Virus record (IMG/VR): IMGVR_UViG_3300025000_000055
DNA from: a virus
Taxonomy: Duplodnaviria; Caudoviricetes
DNA: 64,000 nucleotides
Strand: one strand, 5' to 3'
In this document: positions 43,270-55,158 of the stretch, piece by piece
How positions within the stretch are numbered: position 1 is the stretch's first letter
Layout: each line of letters begins with the position of its first letter
Notes under the pieces: generated by a model
Told to the model about the DNA's origin: nothing
Database searches by the model: none
What the model saw: only the letters and a program-made list of their open reading frames with translations
Program-made: the position numbers and the translations under genes

Positions 43270-45423
43270 TTAATTATTTTTTTCATACTTAAATATCTTA
43301 TAGGCATTTTCTAATGTAACTATACGTATGTTATCTTTTTTAGCTTTTTCAACTTTAGATGATTGAACATCTAATTCTCTTACAATTAATAAAGAAATAT
43401 CTTTATTGTAATCAGAAACTAATATTCCTTTACTATCAAGGAACTTTTCAAATTCCCTATCACGAACTTTTGTAAAACATACCTTACCGATATATTTACG
43501 TAAATCTTCTTGTATATCTAGCTCGGAACATAAGAAATTTATAAGTTCAATATTACTATTTACTCCTTTAATTATCTTTTCAGCTGTTTTATTTTTTATT
43601 CCCCCTATCATAGTTAATTTTTTTACATCATTATCTAAACAAATGTCTTTTAATTCATTTAAATAATATATATTTAAAATCTTTTTAAATATTTTTCTCC
43701 CTATATCTGGTATTCCTAAAGAACCTAATACCTCATAATTATAAACTTTCTTACGACTTTTAATACTTTCAATTATTTTATCAACTATTTTTTTACCAAA
43801 ACCTTTAAATAATAAAATATCCTTTATTCGATCTTTAATAAAATATAAGTCTTTAATACTTTTTAAAACATTGAGTTTATATAGTACTGTAATAATACCA
43901 ACAGAAATATTAGGTATAGACATTTTTTCAACATAATTAATTATTTTACCTATTTGTCTAGAATCACAATTTTCATTAATACATTTTAATATGGGGTCTT
44001 TAACTAATAATTCTTTACAATATTCACAAGTAGTTGGTGTTTTAAATATCTTACCTTTTTCATTTCTTTTACAAGTTTCATTTATAATCAAATAAGGTAT
44101 TATATCATATTTGATTATAACTTCATCACCTTGTCTCAATCCAATTTCTTCAAATCTATCTATAGAACCTAAAGAAATATTAGTTATAGTGTTTCCATTT
44201 ATTTTAACAGGTTCAATTATTACTACAGGAGTTATTGAACCTAAAATCCCAGTTGACATTATAACATCTTTAACTATAGTTCTTTTTTGTTCAGGTGGTA
44301 ATTTATACGCAACTTCAAATTTATTAATACTATTCTCTCTCCCAAGTTGTTTAATGGTATTTTCATTTGCAAGTGTTATAACAACTCCGTCAATCGGGAT
44401 ACCATCTTTTCTAACTGAACGAACCATAGTTTCAATAACTCGTTCAATATAATCGAAGTCGGTAATATCTTCAATTAAACTAAATCCTATTTTACTATTT
44501 AAAATTGATGTAGCAAATTCATCATTTACTTTCTGATATTGAAGTGGTACTATTGTTAGATATTTTAAAAGATTTTTATTTATATCTTTACTTGTATTAA
44601 GAATTGAAGAAACAGCACTTCTTGAATTTTTTAGTATTCTTTCATTTTTACAAAATTTTTCAAAATCAAAATCTTTCATAATAATTTCTGTTTTTACACC
44701 ATAATCCTCATTAAATATCATAAATTCGTATTTATTATCATCACACATCATAACCTCTTTATAATATGTAATATCTACAAGACCGAAATTAAATTCGATT
44801 CCACTAAATAAATCAGTTATATCTATTGCCTCATTATTATCAACGTCACCTCTGGTTAAAACTTTATCAGCTATTTTTAAATTAGATTTAAATTCAAAAA
44901 TACCAGATATACCATCATATTTTGGTGTCATTCTAGCAACTTTCTCAACATTATTTAACTTTCGCCCCAATTTATTTTCAACACTTTTTATCCATTCTTC
45001 TAATGATTTTCTATTATCTTTCCCTTTATCCTCTTTTCTAAGAAAATGAACTTTATCTAAAGTTCCTCTTAAAGCTGGATATCTATGATATCCTATTTTT
45101 CTATCTTTAACTTTATTAATTGGAGCACCAACAATATCTTTCATCTGTAAATCTTTATTTAATTCATATAGTCTATCATAGTCTTCATCTGTAACAGGAG
45201 AAATAACTTCACTATTATTATAAATATCTTGTAAAATTCTTATTATTAATTCAATTATAACTAAATCATCTGAATCATAATTTTCAGTTCCACTTAATAA
45301 AATATTAATAATTCTATTAATACCAATTACATTTAATTTTTCTACAACTACTTCATAGTCATCAGTTAATCTTTCAACAAAAATAACTGATAAAGAATCA
45401 ATAATATTTTTTTTATCCATCAA
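43270..45423 (-). CDS. ligA: NAD-dependent DNA ligase
   Basis: KYDG adenylation motif, LTRGD, DGVV, zinc finger CEYC..C..ENC, HhH repeats, BRCT-like tail. Confidence 0.93.
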   Translation of the reverse strand: MMDKKNIIDSLSVIFVERLTDDYEVVVEKLNVIGINRIINILLSGTENYDSDDLVIIELIIRILQDIYNNSEVISPVTDEDYDRLYELNKDLQMKDIVGAPINKVKDRKIGYHRYPALRGTLDKVHFLRKEDKGKDNRKSLEEWIKSVENKLGRKLNNVEKVARMTPKYDGISGIFEFKSNLKIADKVLTRGDVDNNEAIDITDLFSGIEFNFGLVDITYYKEVMMCDDNKYEFMIFNEDYGVKTEIIMKDFDFEKFCKNERILKNSRSAVSSILNTSKDINKNLLKYLTIVPLQYQKVNDEFATSILNSKIGFSLIEDITDFDYIERVIETMVRSVRKDGIPIDGVVITLANENTIKQLGRENSINKFEVAYKLPPEQKRTIVKDVIMSTGILGSITPVVIIEPVKINGNTITNISLGSIDRFEEIGLRQGDEVIIKYDIIPYLIINETCKRNEKGKIFKTPTTCEYCKELLVKDPILKCINENCDSRQIGKIINYVEKMSIPNISVGIITVLYKLNVLKSIKDLYFIKDRIKDILLFKGFGKKIVDKIIESIKSRKKVYNYEVLGSLGIPDIGRKIFKKILNIYYLNELKDICLDNDVKKLTMIGGIKNKTAEKIIKGVNSNIELINFLCSELDIQEDLRKYIGKVCFTKVRDREFEKFLDSKGILVSDYNKDISLLIVRELDVQSSKVEKAKKDNIRIVTLENAYKIFKYEKNN

Positions 45424-45519
45424 TTTAATACATCCTCCTAATATTTTTTATAATATACATAAGTATATAATATATAAATAAAAAATAAAGATTATTATCA
45501 ATCTCTATTTTTTATGTTT

Positions 45520-46563
45520 TTAATATCCTCGATACCCATCTTCAATTTTTTCTATAAATTTAATCTCATATTTATTAAGTTTAAAGGTTTTTATACCCAT
45601 CCATGAAGAATATGTTGGTTGAATTTCTTTTTTATATTCCATCGCAGGAAATCTAAAACCTGTTTTAGTTATACAAGTTAATAACTTACTATTTCTTTTT
45701 ATAGATTCTTCTTTAATATTAGGATATCCACCTTCAAATAGAGAAAACCCATCAACTACAATATAATTTCTATATTGTAGTTGTTTTGTAGTATAATAAA
45801 CTCTCATTAATAAACCTGGAACTAATTTAGATTTAGGGGAAGATTTATATCTATCATAATAAAACTCTCTGGTTTTTCTATGAAGAATAAGTTTCTTTCC
45901 ATTATCCATAAAAGAAACAAACTCTCCATTTTCAAGTACAAATAATCTAATTTCATATTTTCTAGATGGATTTATAGTAAACTTTGGAGTTGAACCTGAA
46001 ATAATATGTGTGTTTATAATCTTTCTATTAATAAAATCTAAAACAAAATCATATCTACCATATTTTTTATTACAATTAAAATCAAATTTTGCAATGTTAG
46101 TTAAAGTAACTTTACATGTTTTATTAGCATAAAACATAAAACGATCTGCTGAATTACTGACAGAATCAATTCTATGAATAAAAACTTGTGGATGTTTATT
46201 TAAATCACTAGTTCTAGTTATTAATGTTTCATAATATTTAAAAATTATTATATGATAACCTGGTTTAATCATAACTTTAGCTTGTTCGAATTGATTAAAA
46301 GATTTTGTATTAACATCTTTATATTCAATATCAGAATATCCATCACGAGTTATACCAATTGGCCTATTAAACTTTTCGTCTGTTATTACCATAACATATT
46401 CATTTGGTATCACAAATTCAGATAAAAAACAATTCTTTAAATTTTTATTCTCAAAATAAATATTATACTTTTTACCAACTTCTGTTGTATCAAGTTCATA
46501 TGACTTAAAATCTGTAGGTTCAAACGCATCGACTTCATTCCTAACTACAATCATAAAAAACAA
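45520..46563 (-). CDS. Hypothetical protein
   Basis: 347 aa ORF. Confidence 0.75.
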   Translation of the reverse strand: MFFMIVVRNEVDAFEPTDFKSYELDTTEVGKKYNIYFENKNLKNCFLSEFVIPNEYVMVITDEKFNRPIGITRDGYSDIEYKDVNTKSFNQFEQAKVMIKPGYHIIIFKYYETLITRTSDLNKHPQVFIHRIDSVSNSADRFMFYANKTCKVTLTNIAKFDFNCNKKYGRYDFVLDFINRKIINTHIISGSTPKFTINPSRKYEIRLFVLENGEFVSFMDNGKKLILHRKTREFYYDRYKSSPKSKLVPGLLMRVYYTTKQLQYRNYIVVDGFSLFEGGYPNIKEESIKRNSKLLTCITKTGFRFPAMEYKKEIQPTYSSWMGIKTFKLNKYEIKFIEKIEDGYRGY

Positions 46564-46680
46564 CTCCTCTAAATTATAAATATTCTTATATAATATAAAC
46601 TTTTCAAAAATGTTTATTTGTTAATACAATAATATATAAATGAAAAAAAATGAGGAATAAATATTTCCTCATTAAATTTA

Positions 46681-47871
46681 TTAAAATCTTGCACCTTTAT
46701 ATAATTTTCTTAAATATTCATCTGAAACAAATACATCACCATTGTCTTTTATTTTCTTATCACCATTTTCCTTTTTATCTATTATATCTTGTTGTTTAGG
46801 AGGATTGGAAACAACTATCAATTTCTTATTTTCAACTTCTTTCTTTTTAAACTTTTCATACTCAACTATAAATATAGCTGGTAAACCTGAAATACAGGTA
46901 TCATTGAACTTAGTTCTAACTGTAGCGTACCAGGCCAATGCATCACCATGTAGAGTTTGGATACTACTATTAAATAAATTATCATTTACTTTAAAGAAAT
47001 TTAATAGTTGTAATCGGTCAGATTCTTTTGAATTACTTAGAAAATCATTTATGGATTTTTTAAGTAATTTTACACTACCAACATTACAAACAATTAGTGA
47101 ATTATTTTGTTTCTTAGAAGAAATAACATCTTCAAGAATAACCCTTTTCATAATCATTATAATTGGTTCTTCCGATAACCCATCAAGCAATTTTCTTATA
47201 TCTTCATCTTCTTTCATAATATCATCACTAAATGAACTAAGCTTATTATTAACTGTTTTAATAACTTCATCATCATTCAATAAGGATAACGTTTTTATTA
47301 AATCAGTGTATTTAGCACCAAGCTCAATCTTGAGCTCTACTCCTATATTTCTAATACAAAAAGTTATCAGCTGGTCTTTTACTAAATCTAACGAGCAATT
47401 ATTTAAAAGCTCATTTTCAATAAGACCAATTTGAATTTCCGGATTAATATTAACTTTTCTATCTTCTGTATTATCTGGGGCTGGAGAAGTTGTTGATCTT
47501 TCTTCTAGCACTTCCTTTAATACTTTTTTACTGTTTTTTGATAACAAAAATTCATTAGATATATCATTAATGAATTTATCTGTATCGATAACTAAACCAT
47601 TAGCATGTTCGTTAACAAGTTCACTCATATTTTTGAATTCATCAATAACATTGTTGTCAGTGCTGCTTTCTTCATCTAGAAAATTTTCTTTAAGAAATTC
47701 TACGACATTATCTTTTTCCCATATTCCTCCAGGAACATGAATATCAATAAGATAAGATTCATGTTCTTCAATATATTTTTTGAATTCTTCCCTGGTATTA
47801 ACATTTGTCGGGAGATTGTCAAAAAGTTCTTTTAAAATCTCCATTTTTTTCTTACCTAAATCCCCAGCCAT
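46681..47871 (-). CDS. Hypothetical protein
   Basis: 396 aa ORF with RBS. Confidence 0.75.
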   Translation of the reverse strand: MAGDLGKKKMEILKELFDNLPTNVNTREEFKKYIEEHESYLIDIHVPGGIWEKDNVVEFLKENFLDEESSTDNNVIDEFKNMSELVNEHANGLVIDTDKFINDISNEFLLSKNSKKVLKEVLEERSTTSPAPDNTEDRKVNINPEIQIGLIENELLNNCSLDLVKDQLITFCIRNIGVELKIELGAKYTDLIKTLSLLNDDEVIKTVNNKLSSFSDDIMKEDEDIRKLLDGLSEEPIIMIMKRVILEDVISSKKQNNSLIVCNVGSVKLLKKSINDFLSNSKESDRLQLLNFFKVNDNLFNSSIQTLHGDALAWYATVRTKFNDTCISGLPAIFIVEYEKFKKKEVENKKLIVVSNPPKQQDIIDKKENGDKKIKDNGDVFVSDEYLRKLYKGARF

Positions 47872-47995
47872 CGTACTACCCCCTAAATTTCATATTTTTT
47901 TTTACATAATAATTACAAGGAACATAGATAAAATTAAATCTTTTATTTATCTATTATAATAATATATATTTATAATGCTAAAAATACTAAAAATG

Positions 47996-48027
47996 AATAT
48001 ACCGACATATTAATATGTCGGTATATT
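47996..48027. terminator. Perfect 32-bp palindrome, probable terminator
   Basis: AATATACCGACATATTAATATGTCGGTATATT immediately after the RNAP gene stop. Confidence 0.7.
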
Positions 48028-48035
48028 TTTATTAA

Positions 48036-50922
48036 TCATACTTTAATATCAATAACGAACATTTCTTCTTTAATTCTTCGTCTCTCAACTTCTTCATCTA
48101 AAAGTTTTTCGAAATCTTTTGTAGTACCAACAAATACTTTATTTTCCTTATATTCATTAATAATGTCTATTCGTCTTTTAATATCTTTAAATTCTTCATT
48201 ATTACTTATAAAGAATTTTCCATCATAAAATTTACCTTCAAGAAACCCAGTATTAATATCTATATCAAATAATTCATTATTAAATTCAATTTTTAAACCC
48301 ATAGATTTCAAAAAGGCTCCTAATATTTCAATATTTCTATTTTTAAAATTTGGTTTATATTTAAAATCTTTTATAGGGTTTAATCTTGTCATTAAATTTT
48401 CACCTAAATTACGTCTACCTATAACAGATGACCTATAAAATAAATGTAGTTGAGCTATTAGTTCAGTTGGAACACCTATATTAGTATTAAGATTTTCATC
48501 AATACCAATTCTTATAGGAGTCTTAGAATATAATTCCTGATGAGTTTTAGCCTTATTAGATTTTTCAGGTAAACCTTTTCTAGATAAAGTTCCAGTTGAT
48601 CTAGCTGAAAAACCTTTCTTAGCTGTTTGCATTAATTTCATTACATACATATCACCAACTACTAACTTTTTCATCATTTTAATTTTCCTACCAAATCTAT
48701 TTGTATAAACATCATATTGTTCAATCCAATCATGTTCTTCATATAATTGAATAAGTTTATCAAATAAAAATTCTTCTTCCCATAAAGGAGGTATATGAAT
48801 AAATACACCTTCTTCAACTAAATTATTAAAAAATTCTTCTTTACTAATAACACTTAATCTCTTTAAATATTGTCTTAATTTTTCTTCTTGGTCTTTATTA
48901 AAATAACTTATTATATTAAGAAATAAATCTTCCTTTTCTTTTATGTCAGTCATTGTTTGAATACGTTCTACAGTTCTATTACAAATAAAAGTAATTGATT
49001 GTTCAAAAAGCTGGTATGAGTTTACAATTGTTTTAGACCATATCTTCATCTCAAATGAGATGCCTCCCGTTTCGGGTTTCCCCTACTCTACTTACTTCTT
49101 CAGTTATAAGTAAATTATAACCTATGCTTTCGATGGTCGTTGAGCATATTTCAAATATTAATATTTGAAACTTCGCTGCGGATTATTCAATCTTAAACCT
49201 TTTTACCATACCTGAGTAATTACTTCAGCCCTTATCTATATGTCACCATGATAAGTTGGTAGATTAAGATTAGCGAACTTTCCCGCAATTAGAGAGGTTT
49301 TAAATCGCCTAAACCTTACCAGTCCAGCGATTGATCACAGATAAACTGTTAAACAGAAGGTCTACACGTTCTCCAGTTTCTAAAAATGGCATCTCATCAT
49401 CAGGTAATATCTTTGATATAACACCTTTGTTACCATATCTCGTTGTATTCACATAGAACGTTAATCTATGCAGTTCTCTCATGAACTTCCCTAGTTTTCA
49501 CTAAGATACTAGACTATATCATTAACCTAAATAAATTAGGTTACTTCCTATTTCGATTTAAGGGATTCTCACCCACCTACTTAGGCCCTACTCCTATTGT
49601 ACATTGCAGTACCTAAGGGATAGTCGTTGAACTTTATTCCTTATATAAGGAATCTTAGCTGCGGATTACTCAATCTTTTAATAATATAAATATTATTAAA
49701 AGCTCTAAGAGCCTCCCCGACAATTAAAGAAGTTTTCTATATATGTCACCACATATAGGGGCTAAGCTATGTAACCCGTTACTTTCTGACCCACTTCTAA
49801 ATAGGCATCTTTTTCAACTAAAAATTCTATTACTATATTGGAAAATACTGAGTTATTTTCTTCTCTCCATTTATATTTTTCGTCTAATATATTTTTTGCT
49901 TTTCTCATATAAAAACTTATTTCTCTAGAATATTTAGAACCAGAATCAATTATCTGTTTACATCTTTTAAATATTCTTTCATAATAAACTAATTGCATTT
50001 TATAATATTTCATTATCTGTCTATTAAAATCATTCTCTTCCAATTCATCTAAAGTTTTATTACAATATATATCTATATCAATAATTTTACCTTTACCTTC
50101 AATAAAGAATAATACATCAGAAGTAAAATCAATCTTTCTAAGATTAGATTTCTTTAAATCATATAATAATTGATTATTATGAATTCTCCTCTTAGCACAA
50201 ATTATTTTATCCTTAACATATTCGTTTATATCAGGAAATGTCTTATAATTATTACCATTCCCATATATATTACAAAAGATATCATTATCATTTAATGAAA
50301 CTTTAACTCTCTCAACTTCTGTTGAAACCATTCTTCTTGATAATGATTCTGAACATACAATAGCATCTTCAATAGTATTATTCTCTAAAAGATACATAAA
50401 CTTAACATTAGCACCATAACAATAATTCATATCTTCATCATAAGAAGAACTCTTATAAAGAACTTCTCCTTTATATATTGAAGTCCCAACTTCTTTATTA
50501 TCAATATTATCAGTATTATATTTGAAACCATATCTTTCTGTTAAATCTTCAACGTTTTTCTTTTCTATAATATCATATTGGTCATTTTCTTTATCATATA
50601 TGAATAATAAATATATTTGTTCTTCATTTTCACCATCTGTAAACTTACTAATTTTATCAATAATAACACAATCATTTTTAACTTTTTTATAACCAGTTGA
50701 ATTCTTACCAACTATATTTTCATAATTAGTAAAAATTCTTGGAAATTCGGGATTATTTAGAGTAACACATTGCTTCAAGTGAGCTGTAAACATAATATTT
50801 CTTGATGAACTAATATAACCTGGATTTGTTAAAAGAGTCATCCCAAATATATCATCTTTACCTTTAAACTCCTTTTCTTTTTCTTGTAATATTTCTTTCA
50901 ATGACATTGTAGTTTTATACAA
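48036..50922 (-). CDS. rpoB: Phage RNA polymerase beta-like C-terminal subunit (probably non-virion), join(50922..49774,49440..49326,49024..48036), about 750 aa
   Basis: Splicing restores KVTG|RYGNKGV (GRHGNKG motif) and INRL|NSYQLFE (SRMN.GQ..E motif; phase-1 junction T|TA). VGDMYVMKL...ARSTG follows. Confidence 0.9.
49025..49325 (-). mobile_element. Divergent ORF-less group I intron, apparently lacking P9
   Basis: AATTGCGGG, AATCCGCAGC, CTCAACGACCA, AAGATATGGTCT. P1: exon AAUCGCU pairs with GGCGAUU. Only 10 nt separate P7 from the terminal G. Confidence 0.85.
49441..49773 (-). mobile_element. ORF-less family group I intron in the beta-C gene
   Basis: P1: exon GGGU pairs with GCCC; ends GTGAATACAACG. 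Confidence 0.93.
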
Positions 50923-51013
50923 ATCTGTGTACCCCCTTATTTAGAAATTATTATTGAGAATGTATATTCATATAATATATAAATACACATTCTCTAGTTT
51001 TTATTATAAAAAA

Positions 51014-52970
51014 TTATATAGCTTTTTGAAATTGTTTTTCTTGTGATTTTTCTAACCTATCACATAATTCAAAAATATTTAATAATTGACCATTTTCTTC
51101 TGGTTCAACATGCGATAGTTGTTTTTCTAATATAGGTAATGACCTATTAAATAATTCGTATCTTAATTTTTCATTAGTAAGAAATTCTTTTCTAAATTTT
51201 CTACTATCAAATTTAATATCTTTTACACCTTCAATATATTTATAAGGATTACGACCAGCAATTAATTCATTATCTTCAGCAAATCTTAGTTGAGTTAAAA
51301 TAGGGTCAAAACCAGTGGATTGGTCATAAATAAGATTTACAAATTGACCAGCTTTATTTGTTCTAGATTTTAGAAACTCAGCTCTTACACCAAATCCATC
51401 AAAACCATTTTCTTCTTTCTTAAATTTTTCTGAACCTAAAGCTATAAAATTAACTAATAAATTAGCATAATAGATCGATTTATTCACATTGGTTGTCAGT
51501 CAATGCAGTTCTCTTATGAACTTCCCTAATTTTCATTAGGATACTAGACTATATCTTCATCCTTAATAAATTTTATTAAGGAGTTACCCATTTCGTAAAG
51601 AACTCTGAAAAGTTCACCTCACCATTATTGACTTGTGAGTCTACTCCTACTTTACTTTTATTAAAAGTAACGTCATCAGATAGTCGTTGAACTTTATTCC
51701 TTATTAATTAATTAAGGAATCTTAGCTGCGGATTACTCAATCTTTTTATTATATAATAAAAAGCTCTAAGAGCTTCCCCGACAATTAAAGTAATGCTAAC
51801 ATAATATTACTATTATGCCACCCTAAATTTAGGTGCATTCCCACCCGTTAAGTTCACATAGTTCGTCAAACTATGCAGTTCTCTTATGAACTTCCCTAAG
51901 CTTTCCTTAGGATACCAGACTATATCATTAACCTAATAAGAATTATTAGGTTACTTCCTATTTCGATTTAAGGGAATTTCACCCACCTACTTAGGCCCTA
52001 CTCCTATTGATCATTTCAGATCCAATGGGATAGTCGTTGAACTTTATTCCTTATTAATTAATAATAAGGAATCTTAGCTGCGGATTACTCAATCTCTTAA
52101 TAATATTAATGTATTAAAAGCTCTAAGAGCTTCCCCGACAATTAAAGAAGTTATTCAACATACATTACTGTATGAGGCCCCACAAATCTCGAGTTTAGGG
52201 ATACTCTGATCCATCTTCATATATAATAATTGTGGTTGCGTTTTATGCATAGGGTTAATTTCAATTTTTTGATTAATATGATTTATAGCAATAACATTTA
52301 TGTTATAGGCTTTTATAATTGGCATTAGTCTCTTATAAAATTGGGCCAAAGCTTTAGCAACTCTGTTAGCATAAGTCCCACCTTCCATTTCATTAGAAGC
52401 ATCTTTTGAAGCAACAGTTGGAATTGAATCTATAATCATAACTGTTGGAACAAAGGTTTTAATGGGTCTATTAAATTCATCAACTAATCCTGTATCATAA
52501 GTATAATCTTTTCTATTAACTTCTTTCTCTTGAGCTATTTCAACTATACTATTAAATATATCTTCAATATAATTTTTTTCTTGTTTCAATAAATATTTAT
52601 CATCAAGTTCTTGCTGAGTCATAGATGTTACATTTTTTATTCTGGTATAAGATAATACTTGTTCTAAGTCGTAATGTTGAACAAATGCATTATCAACAAA
52701 TTTTCTAACAATATTGGCTGCAATTTGAATAGCAAAAGTAGTTTTAGCAGTACCAGCCTTACCTATAATTGTCATAAACGTACCACCAACTATACCAATA
52801 GAAGAATAAGTAGTTATAAGTTTCTCATCTAAATCTCTAACTTCCACCATATACCCATTTCTATAATCAAATGGTACAAAACCTGTTGGATAACAAATGG
52901 ATGTTTGTGTTGGACTAAATAAACCCTTTTTATCTTTTTCTCTTAATCTTGAGAGCATTTTATTAGCCAT
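51014..52970 (-). CDS. recA: RecA/UvsX-like recombinase, join(52970..52197,51845..51831,51475..51014), about 416 aa
   Basis: Walker A GKAGTAKT, Walker B IIDS, INHI. Splicing restores QSIP|GGNAP|IYYA (RecA TPGG.ALKFYA). Confidence 0.88.
51476..51830 (-). mobile_element. ORF-less group I intron 2 in recA
   Basis: P1: exon CACCU pairs with GGGUG; ends GTGAATAAATCG. Confidence 0.92.
51846..52196 (-). mobile_element. ORF-less group I intron 1 in recA
   Basis: P1: exon CCCU pairs with GGGG; ends GTGAACTTAACG. Confidence 0.92.
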
Positions 52971-53103
52971 TTTTATTTTTCATCTCCTTATAAAATTTTA
53001 TTGACTTTCTTTATATGATAGTTGTTCTAAAGATAGAATTCTAAAAAATATAAAAAAAATAAAGAATGGAATTAACCATTCTTTATTTTATTAAAAGTAT
53101 ATT

Positions 53104-54039
53104 TTAATATTTCTGTTTTATGATTTGACCATTATTCAACATAATGAAGAATACTTTAAAATGATGTTCTAGCTGAGATAGGGCATTTGAATAAGTCCTC
53201 TTAACCCTATTATTATAATACTCTGAATTAACAAATAATGTTACTGCATTAAATCTTTGTGCCTTTAGTTCTTCAATAACATACTGCAATTCAACATTGT
53301 TAAATTCAACGATGTTGAAAGCATTAGTATTACTATATTTTTGATGCAAACTTTTTAGTATACTAACTTCCGAACGCATTGACAAAATAGTATGAGTTGG
53401 TCTATTAGGTCTATAATTTGATATAATGTATGGTGTATATTTATCACCATTTTTAGATTCTACAATTTTTTTAGAAAATAGAAGTCTATTTATTTTATTA
53501 GTAATTTCTATTTCATCCCCGTTAGATTTATCTACATCCGTACTAATTAAACTATCCTCAATAATAGTGAATGTATAATCAATATCTGATTTAGTATACT
53601 TATCGTACAATTTAATCTCTAAAGGATTATCTTTTTTATTTATACTTGCAATAATCGTTAATTCACCTTCAAGTGAATAATTCTCTAGTAAACAAATAAA
53701 TTGTTTACTAATATTGACAAGCATTCTTTTACCAATATTTAATGTAATTAGCATGATATCAGTATTATGCTCATTTTTACTTTCAACTATAAATGGGTTA
53801 AAGTCTTTCTTCCCATAAATAATACTTGTTGGTGTACTGGTAAGAATACCAGGTTCTTTCATTTTAATAAATTTTAACAAACCATCATTATCCAATGGCG
53901 GAATTATATTCCCCATACATCTAATGAAACAATTCACAACAATTACAGGGGAATCTTTTCTTTTAAAAAAGGCACTAGTCTTACTATTAAGAGTATTAAT
54001 CTCCCACGGTCTTGGACTTTCGTTAAAAATTCCTATCAT
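53104..54039 (-). CDS. Hypothetical protein (paralog of the next gene)
   Basis: Shares FNE..PWEI, NPFIV.S and RP.RPT with 54088..54996. Confidence 0.75.
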   Translation of the reverse strand: MIGIFNESPRPWEINTLNSKTSAFFKRKDSPVIVVNCFIRCMGNIIPPLDNDGLLKFIKMKEPGILTSTPTSIIYGKKDFNPFIVESKNEHNTDIMLITLNIGKRMLVNISKQFICLLENYSLEGELTIIASINKKDNPLEIKLYDKYTKSDIDYTFTIIEDSLISTDVDKSNGDEIEITNKINRLLFSKKIVESKNGDKYTPYIISNYRPNRPTHTILSMRSEVSILKSLHQKYSNTNAFNIVEFNNVELQYVIEELKAQRFNAVTLFVNSEYYNNRVKRTYSNALSQLEHHFKVFFIMLNNGQIIKQKY

Positions 54040-54087
54040 AATAAATCTCCCCCTATTTTATTATTTTTATTTTATAAATACAATTTT

Positions 54088-54996
54088 TTAATACTTATAT
54101 TGTATTATAGAACCATTGTTCAATAAAATAAACACCGCTTTAAATTTTGATGTAAGTTCTTGTAATATTACTTTATATTTATCTTCTAATCGTTCAATTG
54201 ATTCATTAGAATCAACAAATAGAGTTATAACACTGTATCTATTACTCTTTAATTCCCCAATAAGGTCTTTAAGATTTTCCTCACTAAAATAAGTAAACAA
54301 ATTATGGTATTGTAAGTTATTCTTAACAACCTTTTCCATAGTCCGTTCCATTTTTGAATACACATCATTGGAACATATAACTATTTGTGTAGGTCTTTTC
54401 GGCCTGTTATTCTTTATTTTTATAACAACAGGTTCAAATAGTTTATTTAATTTCTGTATAGATTTTTTACATCTTAAATTAAAATTTTGATTATACATAA
54501 TTTTATATTGAGTTATCTCTTTGTCTTTTTCATTATAAAGAGAGATATAACAATAAGAATCTGTATTTGCTTCCATCGAGATTACTATATTTAACTCATT
54601 TTTATTAAGACTATTGTCAATAATAAAATTTCTATCCATCTGAATATCAAATAAGATTTTATCTCTAACATCCAAACTTAATAGTATAACGTTTCTGTTA
54701 TTTCCACTTCTTGATTGTACAATAAATGGATTCAAATCTTTATATCCAAATAAAACATTTGTATCAACATCACATATCTTAACAACATCTATGGTTTTAC
54801 CAATGTTATTAACAGTTGTTTTAATTTTATTTATAAAATCTTCTTCCGGGGATGTTAAATAAATCCCACAATTATAAGTACGAATTTTCTCTTCATCTTC
54901 TTTGAAAAAATCATACTTTTTAGAAATCTGTAAATATTTACTACCCTCCCTTGATATTTCCCAAGGCTTTTCTGTTTCATTAAATAAATAAATCAT
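54088..54996 (-). CDS. Hypothetical protein (paralog of the previous gene)
   Basis: 302 aa; same motifs as 53104..54039. Confidence 0.75.
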   Translation of the reverse strand: MIYLFNETEKPWEISREGSKYLQISKKYDFFKEDEEKIRTYNCGIYLTSPEEDFINKIKTTVNNIGKTIDVVKICDVDTNVLFGYKDLNPFIVQSRSGNNRNVILLSLDVRDKILFDIQMDRNFIIDNSLNKNELNIVISMEANTDSYCYISLYNEKDKEITQYKIMYNQNFNLRCKKSIQKLNKLFEPVVIKIKNNRPKRPTQIVICSNDVYSKMERTMEKVVKNNLQYHNLFTYFSEENLKDLIGELKSNRYSVITLFVDSNESIERLEDKYKVILQELTSKFKAVFILLNNGSIIQYKY

Positions 54997-55158
54997 AACC
55001 CGACCTCCTATCTCTATATCTCATCTTTTCTATTTAATATTTCTGTTTATTTCCAAATTATTTTTAATTAATCATAATTTTCCATTTCCTATCATTCCTT
55101 TAAATAAATTAATATAAAGTTGATTTAATAAATCAACTTTATATTATTTTTATTAATT

